Positions 36,555-48,764 of a DNA stretch of 64,000 nt are shown one piece after another (positions within the stretch are counted from its first letter, which is position 1; each line of letters starts with the position of its first letter). The position numbers and the translations under genes were made by a program. A model generated the notes under the pieces. That model was not told the DNA's origin. It made no database searches and saw only the letters and a list, made by a program, of their open reading frames with translations. Source of the stretch: Eledone cirrhosa (taxonomy: Eukaryota). The stretch covers positions 119,598,001 to 119,662,000 of the forward strand of contig OZ024741.1 of assembly GCA_964016885.1 (NCBI GenBank), in the 5' to 3' direction.

Positions 36555-38523
36555 GTAGGTAAAGGATTTCTATTATGTAACTGTTGTTACAGCTCATACC
36601 TGCTATCAGGTTACATCTCATACGTGGTTTTTTGGGGTGTTTTAATATGGGTCCCTGTCATATTATGTTTATATATATATACACATACATACATACACAC
36701 ACATATAAATATGTATATATACATATATACACATACACACGCGTCATCATCATCATCATCATCGTTTAACGGCCATTTTTCCACACGAGCATGGATTAGA
36801 TAAGTTGTCTCGTGAGACAAGCCAGATCAGATGACCGTGAATTGCTCATACAGGGCTGATTTTCGCTTGGTCTCTATGGCTGGATACCCTTCCTAATGTT
36901 AACCATATTTACAGTGTGTACTGGGTGCTTCTTGCGATACCTACATGGCCACTTTACAATCTGGACTGGGGCTGGGGGACTTATCTGGTGAAGGGTGGGG
37001 TGTTAGGACGTGTGTGGTGTATAGAAGAGTGGAGGGAATTGTAGGTAGTGCATACTAGATGTATGCTTCAACCCTTGTCCATGGGAAGGCAGGTCTTCTG
37101 TATTACTGCATAATACCAGAGATCTCGATCCTGTGTCATCGCCTTTTAGAGGTGCAATTGTATGAGGTCAGCTTTTATCACCTCATCACAAGCCTACTAC
37201 TACTACTACTACTTCACCCTCCTCCTCCTGTGTCTTTCAATATTCCATTTCATGTAATTATTTACCTCTTATACATAACAAAAACAAAAACAAAACACAG
37301 TCGACGCTGTAATGTGGTCGTGTACCTAACATGGTAAAAAGCTCCCTGTCCACACTGAAAATGTGGTTGGTGTTAGGAAGGGCATCCAGCCGTAGAAAAC
37401 CTGCCAGACAGTCCTATACGAGCGAGACACGGTCACCCGACCAATCTTCCCTCAAATGGGACAAATTCCTGTCTAACCCATGCTAGCGTGGAAGATAGAC
37501 GTTAAATGATGGTGATGATGACATAAATAAATATATTTACATAAATTGATAAATTTATTAAGAAATCAGGCAAGTTTGAAATTTATTGTGAAAAACTGCC
37601 CTTAACTATAAAATAGTTGAATAAGTCAGGTAAATTACTCCTGGAGACAGAAAAAAAGGTGGAGAGAGACACCTGTAATAATTGAACCAAATATCTGTTC
37701 TTATGCTGCACGGTTGTGTTAGCCATTCTTTTTGGGGATTTCCCTCTGTCCAATATTTATTTATCCGACTTAGTTGACTATTTTATAGTTAATATATGAA
37801 TTGTGGTAGCCTTTCATATTTTAAGCATATTTATGTTTTTTATATATTTATTTGAAATTTGAAATGTGTGTGTGTGTCCATATGCAAATGATCACAATAA
37901 TAGTTAATCACCGTAAATAATAATAATTGAGGAAAATTGGGTAAAGTACCTCTGGAAATAGAAAAAAATGGACAGAAGCTTCTTAAATCAACAAGTTGTT
38001 TACACTTCCCCCTATAGTCTTAAAATATAAAAAGACAAACTTAGTGGCCAGCAGCTTTTTTGAATAGTGGTTAACACATTTACCTGGCATCGAGAGATGC
38101 AGGGTTCGTTTCCTTGCAGGAGCCTTTGTCCACTATCTCTTGTCTCCAGGCGTACTTTTTTCCCAATTGTTCCACCTGTTATTTATCAACTATTAAGAAA
38201 GGTAGTGGATTAGCAGTATCAGTAGAGTGTCAGGTAACATGCTTTGCAGCATATAGCTACATCCCTTTACATTCTGAGTTCAAATCCAGTTGAGGTTAGC
38301 TTTGTCTGTATCCTTACGAGGTCAATAAAATAAAGTACCTGTAACACACTGGGGTCGATTTAATCGATTTCTCCTCCCCCGAAATTGTAAGCCTTGTGCC
38401 AAATGTAAAAATTTTTCTTATAGTTGTTTGCATTGGGTTGCACACATTTCAAATTTTCCCAATGTTTCTTAAATCAAAGAGTTTATTTATTTTTTTCTTT
38501 CTTTTTTGTTCACTCTTCTGAAG

Positions 38524-38661
38524 AAAAAGACCCATCTTTTTATCCCAGCAAATAGGTTAATCCCGAAAATCCAAATCCGTACCGAACAAGGCAAGGAACT
38601 TGTTGGTCAACGTATCATAGTTGTCATTGATAAATGGCCCCAGTATTCCAGATTTCCTATG
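38524..38661 (+). CDS. DIS3: DIS3 exon 9 (HLFIPANRLIPKIQI...IDKWPQYSRFPM)
   Basis: aag/gtaggt boundaries, 138 nt; CSD2. Confidence 0.9.
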
Positions 38662-40202
38662 GTAGGTGAACTTTGTATTTATTTGTCTTTACAAATTCAG
38701 GACCATTTTTCTAATGAATTACACTGCCAATGTGTTGCAAATAATTTTGAAAATATACCAAAAATTTGAGGATTTTTAGTAAAATAATTTTCTCATTATT
38801 ATTATTATTATTAAGTTGATGTTTGAAACAAACGTTAGTATAATAGAACTAAGGCCAGTTTCAGCCAGTTTGGTATCTAAAGGGTTAATAAATTTAAGGC
38901 TATTTTGTTTTCTAGCAAAGAGGCAAATGTATAGGAGGTGTTTTGGATAATGGTTCTGCCAGCAACACAGTAACTTGAACCAACAAAAGAACTCTGTATG
39001 TGTACTTGCATGCACAAACATATTTATATATACAAATACTGATGTCAACATCATTATAATGTCTGTTTTTTTTCTAGCTAAAATGGTGTTGAATAGGTCC
39101 CGTGGAACACATCTTGCTAATACATTCCTATTTTGGCATGGCATCTGCAGCTGGATGCCCAAATTTTCAGAAATTACTCTACTTATTCTGGTATTGAAAA
39201 GAAAAACTCAGTAACCAAAACATTCTGCTTTTGATACCAACCCTGCCAAAACTGGCTCTGTTATGAAACAAAACCACAATTTTAATGGGTTCCTATTTAA
39301 ATCAACATCTTCCAACATAATTTTATAGAAGAAACATATGTTAAGTTACTATCTTAGTAATAAAATACTTAATGATTTCAATAAATCCCTCAATATTCTT
39401 CATTAATTAATTGAAATAAAGTATATTTCATTAGAAATATTGTCTCAAAGCCAGTCATTTTAAAGGGTTCCTATTTAAAATAAAATCTTCCAACATAATT
39501 TTACGTTAAGTTACTAATTGAAATAGATGGCACGCAAGGATGACACGTAAATTCATGAAGTGTTCCATATTTTCTAATGGTAGAAAATTGGCAGAGTTGT
39601 TAGAACGTTGGATAGACTGTTTTATAGTATTTGTTTCAGCTCTCTGCTTTCTGAGTTCAAATCCCGTAGAGATCAATTTTGCCTTTCATCCATTTGAAGT
39701 TGCTAAAAAAGTACCAGTCCAGTACTGATGTCAATTCTTCCTCTATATCTCTTTATTACTTCCTCTCTATCACTATTAATCTCTTTTGAAGAAATCTGCT
39801 GTATTCTGACTTGGAGAGGAGATGGGCTCTACCAAGTTAAAAAATGCCCTAGAAATGCTGTATGACAATACTGTGCCTCTACAACTCCTTCAGGAGTTAT
39901 GGGATCTCAATACATACATACTTTATTAGAAATACACTGCTAATGTGCTTCAATTAATTTTGAAAAAAGAAAATTGAAGACAAGTTTTTCTTTACTAAAC
40001 TGGAGTTTGTAACAGAACTCGATAAAGGTGTCTTACATAAAATTGTATTGAAAAATTGTGTTTTGATATAAGTATGAGTCTTTTAAAACAAGCAATTTTA
40101 TATAAATTCACGGGCAGTTTCTGGCGGTTTGATATCAAAAGAGCTAATGAGTCTATTTTATATTCACAGTATCAATTCTGTTTTTACTTGTTTTCTTTAA
40201 AG

Positions 40203-40349
40203 GGACATTTTGTGAAGAAACTTGGTCCAATTGGAGATAAGAACACTGAGAATGAAGTCCTATTATTGGAACATGATGTACCTCACACGGAATTTTCTCA
40301 GAGAGTTCTGGAATGTTTACCAAAGTTACCATGGGTCATAACAGATGAG
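40203..40349 (+). CDS. DIS3: DIS3 exon 10 (GHFVKKLG...[11 protein letters not shown]...PW)
   Basis: aag/gtaaag boundaries, 147 nt. Confidence 0.94.
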
Positions 40350-40534
40350 GTAAAGACAAAGAAATCCCATTGAAATCAATGCTCTGAGTTCAAATCCCAT
40401 CCAACTCAAATTTGCCTTTCATCCTTATTTTTTTCTTCTTCTTTAGTTCCTTTTACTTCTTTTGGAGATTGGGTGATGAGAAATCTCCATTCCACACAGT
40501 CACAAGCCCGATTTTACGAGACTTTTTTCTTTCC

Positions 40535-40742
40535 CTCCCTTCTTCCTACCAGTCTTGGATGCCCTAAATAAGGGTCATAGGCACTACCTTTCTTCCTACC
40601 AGGTTTGGGGGCCCTGAAAAGAGTTATGTGCATTTCCGTCGCTTCTTCTAGTCTTGGATGCCCTAGAAAAAGGCTCATAGGCATTGCCCTCCCTCCCACC
40701 AGTCTTGGATGCCCTAAGAGAGGGTTATAGGCACTATCCTAC
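40535..40742. repeat. ~55-bp tandem repeat, 4 units
   Basis: CCAGTCTTGGATGCCCTA..AAGGGTCATAGGCACTA. Confidence 0.75.
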
Positions 40743-41511
40743 CCTGTAATGTTCTTTCACAGAAATGTAGCACAATTGTCATTTTGGGATGTTTAGTGTT
40801 TCACTGTTTTCTCAATCAGTTCTCCTCCTCCTCGAGGGGGTCGTTGGGGCAGAGTCCTCAAACACTCCTTCCAGCGGGTCCTGTCAGAAGCAAGTCTCCA
40901 ACTGATTTGACCGGCTCCCCAAACGTGACCAGCCAAGCTCATGGATGTTATCTAACCACCTTTCACGGGGTCCACCCCTGGGTCTCTTGATTATTTCCTT
41001 GATTATTTGAAAACTATAGGCAGTGTTTTTCATGAGAAATATGGTATATGTTAGATGTTAGAAAATTATGTTTTAGAGATATCCATGAACTGTATGTTGC
41101 ACACAGAGCTGTGCTCGGTAATGCAGTGCCAGCATGCAATGAAAATAAGACTACTACTACTACTACCATTGCCACTAACACCTCACCCCCACCATTACTG
41201 CTAGTGCCAATAATAATGGTTTCTGATTTAGGCACAATACCAGCAATTTTTTGGAGAGGGGAAAGTTGATTAAATTGACCCCAGTGCATTACTGGTGCTT
41301 TATTTTATCGATCCTGTAAGGATGAAATGCAAATCTAACCATGGCAGGATTTGAACTCAGAACTTAAAGGGCCGTAACTCTATGCTGCAAAGCATGGTGG
41401 CCGACGCTCTACCAATCGTTGCTGCCAATAATAATAGAAAATATACAGACCATACAGAAAATAACAGGAGTATGCATGACATTAAAGTTTCTCAATGTTA
41501 AATGTTTACAG

Positions 41512-41628
41512 GACTTAAAACAAAGACAAGACATTCGTCATCTTAACATCTGCAGTGTTGATCCTCCTGGTTGTACTGATATTGATGATGCTCTTCACTG
41601 TAGAGTCTTGGAGAATGGTAACTATGAG
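41512..41628 (+). CDS. DIS3: DIS3 exon 11, RNB active site ([15 protein letters not shown])
   Basis: cag/gtaatt boundaries, 117 nt; all four RNB aspartates present. Confidence 0.96.
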
Positions 41629-42024
41629 GTAATTATTCTCTTATATTATTTCATAATTGTGTGTATGTGTGTATTTTTTGCGGGGTGGGAGTGGGTTCTG
41701 TAACATTTACAGCCTGTTAAAAAAAAAAACCGAGTTTCTTAATTGAGGACTCTGCTGCCACGACCCTCCCAGGAATAAATGGGTGAAGAAGTTTCTTAAT
41801 TCAAATACTTATTGTATCTTTACTAATGGTCAATTTAATTTTTAATGTGATGTAATCATAGTGCTGTTTTGTACTTTTCAAGAATGTTTTGCTAATGTAG
41901 TTTCATGCGGTACAAGATGTTAAGAGTTAAAAAGTATATTGGACCTATAATTATAAAAAAAGGGTAAAATATTTATTAATCTGTATCACTTGGGCTGAAT
42001 AGCTGGGAGTATTTCATATTGTCT

Positions 42025-42663
42025 AGATTGGCAGAATCAGTAGAGTGTCTGACAAATACTTTGCAGTATTTGTTCTGGTTCTTTACACTCTGAGTTCAAA
42101 TCCTGATGAGGTCAAATTTGTTTTCCATCCTTCTGAGGTCTATAGAATTTAGTACCAGTTGATTTTCCTCTTGCCCCCAAATAGCTGGCCTTGTGCCTAA
42201 TTTTGAAACTATTATTTCAGTTTGGTTGGTTGGTTTATGAAGACGGTTGATTGGTAGAATTGTCAGAGCATCAGGCAAATGTTTTTTGGGATTTGTTCCA
42301 GTTATTTACGTTTTATGTTTGAATCCAGTCATGGTCAACTTTGCTTTTCATTCTTCTGAGATTGATAAGATAAATTATCAGTCAAGTACTGGGTTTGATT
42401 TAATCATCTTTTCTCTCTCCTCAAATTGCTGGCTTTGTGCCTAATTTAGAAATCATTATTTGAAAGCCAGTGGCTTGGCAGTATTAGTAGAGTGTCGGAC
42501 AATGTCCCTTTATGTTCTGAGTTCAAATCCTACCGAGGTTAGCTTTGTATTTCATCTTTACGAGATCAATAAAATAAAGTACCAGTAACGCACTGGAGTT
42601 CATTTAATCGACTTTCCCCCTCCCCACAAATTGTTGGCCTTGTCTAAATCAGATACCATTATT
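42025..42663 (+). mobile_element. Three tandem Nin-domain tRNA-derived SINEs; other copies at ~10255-10440, 14160-14380 (-), 19250-19420, 34600-34750, 38200-38410, 39580-39730, 41215-41430 (-), 54820-54980 (-), 58550-58670
   Basis: B-box GAGTTCAAATCC; core TTTGCCTTTCATCCTT..GGGTCGATAAAATAAAGTACCAG; (ATT)n tail. Confidence 0.8.
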
Positions 42664-42667
42664 TCAG

Positions 42668-42769
42668 GTTGGTGTTCACATTGCCGATGTATCTCATTTC
42701 ATCCGACCATATACTGCTATAGATGATGAAGCCAAACACAGAGCAACCACAGTCTACTTGACTGACAAG
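42668..42769 (+). CDS. DIS3: DIS3 exon 12 ([11 protein letters not shown]...[10 protein letters not shown])
   Basis: cag/gtaatt boundaries, 102 nt. Confidence 0.95.
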
Positions 42770-43561
42770 GTAATTAATTATAACTACCATCTCTTTTATT
42801 TTTTGATGCATTTTCTATGTACCTTTGATTAAAAAAACAGTCACACCCCCCCCCCCCCCCCCCTCCTCCCCATTAAAAAACGAATGAAATTGTCTTCTCA
42901 ACCCTTTTAGCTCTGGTCAATATATCTGCTTTGATAACACAACCAAAAACACAAAACAACTGATATATTGGCCTAAAAATATAACACTGTTTTTGATAAA
43001 TTAGTAACCTCCAAATGAACCATTAATCTGGATCATTTCTTACAGTTAGTAAACATTATTTGTAGAGGTTTCCTGCCAGGGTTTTGGTATATTTTGCACA
43101 TAAATTATATAAGAGGGTGAATGGCATGAATGATAATGGTAGTAGTGATCATGATATATAGATATATATTTATCTTATTTATAGAAATGACCTCTACAGC
43201 TCTAGAAATATTGAAGTCATTTCTATAATAAAATAAATATGCCTCTACTTTACTAACTTATTGTATGTATGTAAAAGGTAAACAGAAATAACAAAACTAA
43301 CAGCACAGTATATGGAAGGAATATATTGGTGTAACACTTGAAATAGCAGGGGCCTTAACGTTTCGGATGCTACATACATATACACCACCTCCATTATGAA
43401 CAACACTGTGTTAGTGCTACTGCTACTAGTTGTTAAATAGACAATGAAGCAAATAATATCTTAACTGCAACAAATCCAGCTTGGTTTCTTATCCAGTGAC
43501 ATAAAAATATTGTTTTTTGTTTTGATACTCTTTGATTAATGTTTTGTTTTGTGATTTCTAG

Positions 43562-43626
43562 AGGATTGACATGGTACCTGAATTACTCAGTTCAAACCTA
43601 TGTTCCCTTCGTGATGATGGTGACCG
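43562..43626 (+). CDS. DIS3: DIS3 exon 13 (RIDMVPELLSSNLCSL...DR)
   Basis: tag/gtaagt boundaries, 65 nt. Confidence 0.95.
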
Positions 43627-45395
43627 GTAAGTTAGTGCATTTCTTTGTCTAACTCTCTTTAGTAATTGGTTTATTTCACTACATCATGATTTTTGTGAAG
43701 GCATGTGACTGAATGGTTAGAGTTAGATTCCGAATCATGTGGTTGTGAGTTCAATTCCCGGACTTGGCGATGTTTTATGTCTCTGAGCAAGACACTTTAT
43801 TTCACATTGCTCTTTCTGCCAGGAGTTGCGACCAGTAGATAGTATCAGAATAGAAAGACCAATGGATATATTATTTCCTTGGTCTGATTTGATGAGTTCC
43901 ACTCGACTCAGTAAACAAATTAGTTCTGGGATCTTGTTGATTGATGAAGAGGATCATAATTTATAATTTATTTAGTAGATTGTATATCTAATTGGGATCC
44001 AATATCTGTTTTCTGTGGATAATTATATCCAGTATAGAAATCTTTTGATTTACCTCTATGCCCTTATAAAATATAGAATTAATATTAAGGCCGTATGTAT
44101 CTAATTTAGATTAGTTACACTATATCACTGCATGTCATCAAAGGTGATAAAAAGGATTAGCAACTGGAAAGGCTGTAAAAAATATTGTTTCAAAAGGACT
44201 CCATGATATGTATGAAGTGTGTCATTGGGCTTGTATGTTTAATCCATGCTTTAGCAAGAAAAATAGCCTAAACTCTTTCAATATCAAACCATGTGAAACC
44301 ACTCCTGGTCCTATAATTTAAAACTGTTTACTTTAATGTGTTTATATTTAACTAAAAAACCTTCCATTATAATTTTATATAAGAATCTTTATTAAGTTAT
44401 ATTCCAAACATTGACTTAATAATGAGAAAGTTAGTTATTTTATTAAATCCCTCCAATTTCTTGATAATTTTCAAGATGATTTGAAAAACATAAGCAGGGT
44501 CTTTCATTAGAAATATGGTAGTGAAAGAGTTAAATGACTTCAGATAAATTTTGAATTAGATTCAGCTAACACTAATTAATTATAATTGAAATATTCAACC
44601 CATCTATGTGTGGAAAAACAGACGTAAAAACGACGATGATAATGATGATGATGTCTGTACATCATCGCTTCCTCCCTTGGAAATACTATGAGCAAGAATT
44701 CTGAAGGATATCAATAAATGTAGTAAACATTAGAAATAATTTAACAATATTTAGCTAATAATACTTAACAATAGTATAGGCACATGGCTTAGTGCTTAGA
44801 GATTTGGATTAATGATTATAAGGTTTGATTCCCAGATCAGGCGATATGTTGTGTCCTTGAACAAGACATAATATCTTACATTGCCCCAGTTCACTCAGCT
44901 GTAGAAATGAGTTGCGATGTCACTCTTGCCAAGCTGTATCAGCCATTGCCTTGGACAACATCAGTGGTGTGGAGAGGGGAGACTGGTATGCATGGGCAAC
45001 TGCTGGTCCTCCACAAAAAAAAATACCTTGCGCAGACTTGTGCCTTGGAGGGGAACTTTCTAGGCGAAAAACTCATGGTCATTCCTCTTCCTCTCCCTCC
45101 TCCACTTACAATATTTTCAGTTAAAATTGCTTTAGAACATGTTAGTATCTTGCAAGTTGTAAATAAAGGAGTGAATACAGAAGTAAAGTACAACAAAGCA
45201 ACAGTTTACACATATTTTATATTCTGGGTTAAAATCTCTTTATGAATTAAAAATGGAAGATAGTGATAAGATGATATTTTTTGCAAAAGTGTAGACTGTT
45301 GTCTTGTTTAATTTTACTTTTGTTTTTACTTTTTATATTTTCAACTCTATTAAACTAAAAATCTAATCAATTTTTCCTTTTTTTTTTTTTCACAG

Positions 45396-45480
45396 CTTTG
45401 CTTTTTCTGTCATCTGGGAGATAAAGCCTAACACAGAGATTATTAGCACTAAATTCCATAAATCCATTATCCGCTCAAAG
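45396..45480 (+). CDS. DIS3: DIS3 exon 14 (FAFSVIWE...FHKSIIRSK)
   Basis: cag/gtgaga boundaries, 85 nt. Confidence 0.95.
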
Positions 45481-47360
45481 GTGAGAAGCCAGAAAAAAAA
45501 AAAAATCAAAATTGTGTTATTTTGTATATGATATTCTTATATTGAAAGATGCTGTTTTCTGTTACGATATTCTTATGTTTATAATTTTATATCCTTTTAT
45601 ATTAACTGTGTCTATCTTTACAGTTTGGAATAGGTACACTGTATCTTAAGGGTTGACTAAAAGAGTTGACACCAGTAAGTGCATCAGACTATAAAGTAAT
45701 CCCTCACAAATGACTCCAAGGTGAATATGTCCTCGGATCTGCAAGGCAAACCTCTGATTTATCATGAAAAATGGCCTTAAAACACTTATTGTTTACATCT
45801 ATACTTATGTATTCTGATAAGTAAAACAATGTCTACCATCGAAACAATTGTCCATGTAGTAGGGGACTTATATTACTGCTATGAATCCAGGATATTGTTG
45901 TTTAGTGCCAGATCAGCCCTGATTGAGCAGACATTATGATCAAAAGCATTTCAGCAATGACCACTCTGTCTTTAAATTTTTTTTTGCTGGTATCATTATC
46001 TTAATCACCATTTTATGTGTTCTCAATGCAGGTGGGCATGGGTTGAATGAGTCATTACTGTTTTCTTAGACAGTTTGAAGGACCATGTCTCGCTCTTGTA
46101 TTCCATTTTTGGCATCACTTCTATATCTGGGGGATTGTGGTGGTGATGGCAGTGGTGTTGGTGTAGTGGGAATGAGTAAAGAATATAAAGTGATGTAGTT
46201 TAAAAATTAAAGGATTAAGTCCGATGAAGATGATGGGAATATGAAGTTATAGAATATGAAGTGTAGAGCTGTGATATCTAAAGGTGGTTGAATGTAGGAT
46301 AACAGTGATGATGGAAACTATGATCGGGAATGAGTGGTGGTGGAGTGGTATTGATGTTAAGTAAATATGTGAAATATAATATATATGAATATAACTGATG
46401 GAGATATAAAGGAATTAACTACAATGAAGATTATGGAAATATAAATATTATGAAATTATATATGATGATTGTGGTGGTGGAGTGTTCTGGGTGTTAGGCA
46501 CATATAAGGTATGAGGAATAAAGGAAGTAAGAAAAAAATGAAAAAACTATCTTAATTAACTCTCCTCAACTACCCTACCTCTAGTCTTCCTTTATTTATA
46601 CTGTCTGATGTTGAAACATTAGTTCTTGTCTGATGACTCCGTGATAAACAGACAAAACTCCAGAGTAACGAGACTCACTATTTAGCCTTAATAAAATGAG
46701 TATTAAAACTCTACTCTGGTATTGAGTACTCTTTTCTCTCAGCCGTCAACCACATACATCATCATCATCATCACCGTTTTACGTCAGTTCTTCCACGCTA
46801 GAATGGGTTAGACGGCTTGTCCTGTTGTGGGCAGTGTCTGGTCGGGTGACCTTGTCTTGCTCATACGGGAACTGATTCTGGCTGTGATTTCTACAGCTGG
46901 ATGCCCTTCCTAACACCAACCTCATTACGGTGAGTACTGGGTGCTTTTTTTCCGTGGCGCCTACACGTCCACTTTACAGTGTGGGCTGGGTGCTTTTTTG
47001 CTGTGGCACCTCCACGACCTCTTTGCAGTGGAATGATAGGGACACCAGTCCTATGATCTCATTTCTACAGCTGAGTAAACTGGAGCAATGTGAAATAAAG
47101 TGTCTTGCTCAAGGAAATAACACATCAGCCGGTCCGAGAATTGAACTCACAACATTTTGATTGCAAGCCCAATGCTCTAACCACTAAGCCATGCGCATTC
47201 ACTTCACGTATATATATATATACACACACGAGTGTGCTTCAAAAAGTTTGTGGTAAAAGGCATGTGAATATCTACGACTCTTGATTAATGATGGTATAAA
47301 AAAATGAAATCTTCTGATGAATGTATACTTGACTGAGATGGTCATCTCAACTACTTTCAG

Positions 47361-47485
47361 GCTTCACTGACCTACCTAGAGGCTCAATCTAGAATTGACA
47401 GCACTTCTACAGATGAACTGACTGAAGGCCTGCGTCGACTGAACAACCTGGCAAAGATTCTGAAGGAAAAGAGGATTGGCAATGG
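47361..47485 (+). CDS. DIS3: DIS3 exon 15 (ASLTYLEAQSRID...LAKILKEKRIGNG)
   Basis: cag/gttagt boundaries, 125 nt. Confidence 0.95.
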
Positions 47486-47899
47486 GTTAGTTTACTTCTT
47501 TCTTTCTATCCAACCCCTTATATTAACATGTGTATTCAGTAACAATGTTTTGTTAAGACAGTATGTCAATGTCAGAATATGAGACAGTTTTGAACTGTGA
47601 CTAAATTCAACCCTTTTGTTTCCGTATTTCTAAAACTGCTTATGATCTTCAAATAATTTTGAAAATACTCAAGAATTTGAAGGGATTTAGTAATGTAACT
47701 CACTTTCTCATTATTAAGCTGGTGTTTGGAAGACAGCTTAATAACTTTCACACTTTTCCATGTTGGTATTGGTTGGATGGGACTTTTTGAGGCAATGTTT
47801 TACAGCCAGATTCCCTTTCCTGACACCAACCCTATCAGTTGCTTATTACTATATGTAGGGATGCAGTATACTTCTTGTAAACTGAATACACATGGTTCA

Positions 47900-48115
47900 A
47901 ATTGAGATATTGTCAACAGATGGTGACGTGTCAACACCAAGATATTATCAACAGATGGTGATAACCTATCAACATTGAGATATTGTCAATAGATGGTGAC
48001 AGCCTGTCAAAATTGAGATATTGTCAATAGATGGTGACAGCCTGTCAAAATTGAGATGATGCCAACAGATGACAACCTGTCAAAATTGAGATGATGCCAA
48101 CAGTTGATGTCAAGC
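47900..48115. repeat. ~37-bp minisatellite
   Basis: ATTGAGATATTGTCAATAGATGGTGACAGCCTGTCAAA, about 6 units. Confidence 0.85.
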
Positions 48116-48151
48116 CACCTAATTCTAATGTACCAAACATCTATTTTGCAG

Positions 48152-48238
48152 TGCACTCGTCTTAGCTTCCAGCGAAATCCGATTCCACATTGACAGTGAA
48201 ACCCATGACCCTATTGATGTTCAAGCTAAAGAGATCAG
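48152..48238 (+). CDS. DIS3: DIS3 exon 16 (ALVLASSEIRFHIDSETHDPID)
   Basis: cag/gtaagt boundaries, 87 nt. Confidence 0.95.
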
Positions 48239-48721
48239 GTAAGTAACATTTATTTCACAATACATATTTACTACAGTCTCTTTCTTGTGTTGTATTGGTT
48301 GGACTGATGAAGATGGACAATGTCCAGAAGAAATTTGAAGAAATTCTAAAGTGGGAAGTACCAGAGTACCAAAAATAATGAAAATTAGTTAAAAAATTGC
48401 TTGATTTAAAGAGAGACCCCTCCGCCTCTCTCAGGGCTTGCTGTGTGGTTAAGGAGTTCACTTGCAACCACATTGTTTCGTGTTTACTCCTATTGTTGTA
48501 TCTTGGGTAAGAATATAATATACATATATACAGAAACGATAGCTCATCAGACTTGTGGATTTTCATATGTCTGATGAACTATTGATTCCAGAATCGGGCC
48601 TGCTCACTACCGATTGTACCTTGAGCTAATTGATTGTGAAAAACACATCACATGTAATAAATACAATGATATTATATTGATACTTTGTTCCTGCTGCTTA
48701 TTATTATATGTATATGTATAT

Positions 48722-48755
<34 letters not shown>

Positions 48756-48764
48756 CATCATCAT

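Noticed and set aside
38060-38125. Functional tRNA gene (also the SINE heads)
   Set aside because: Only A/B-box-like motifs are present; no complete cloverleaf or acceptor stem
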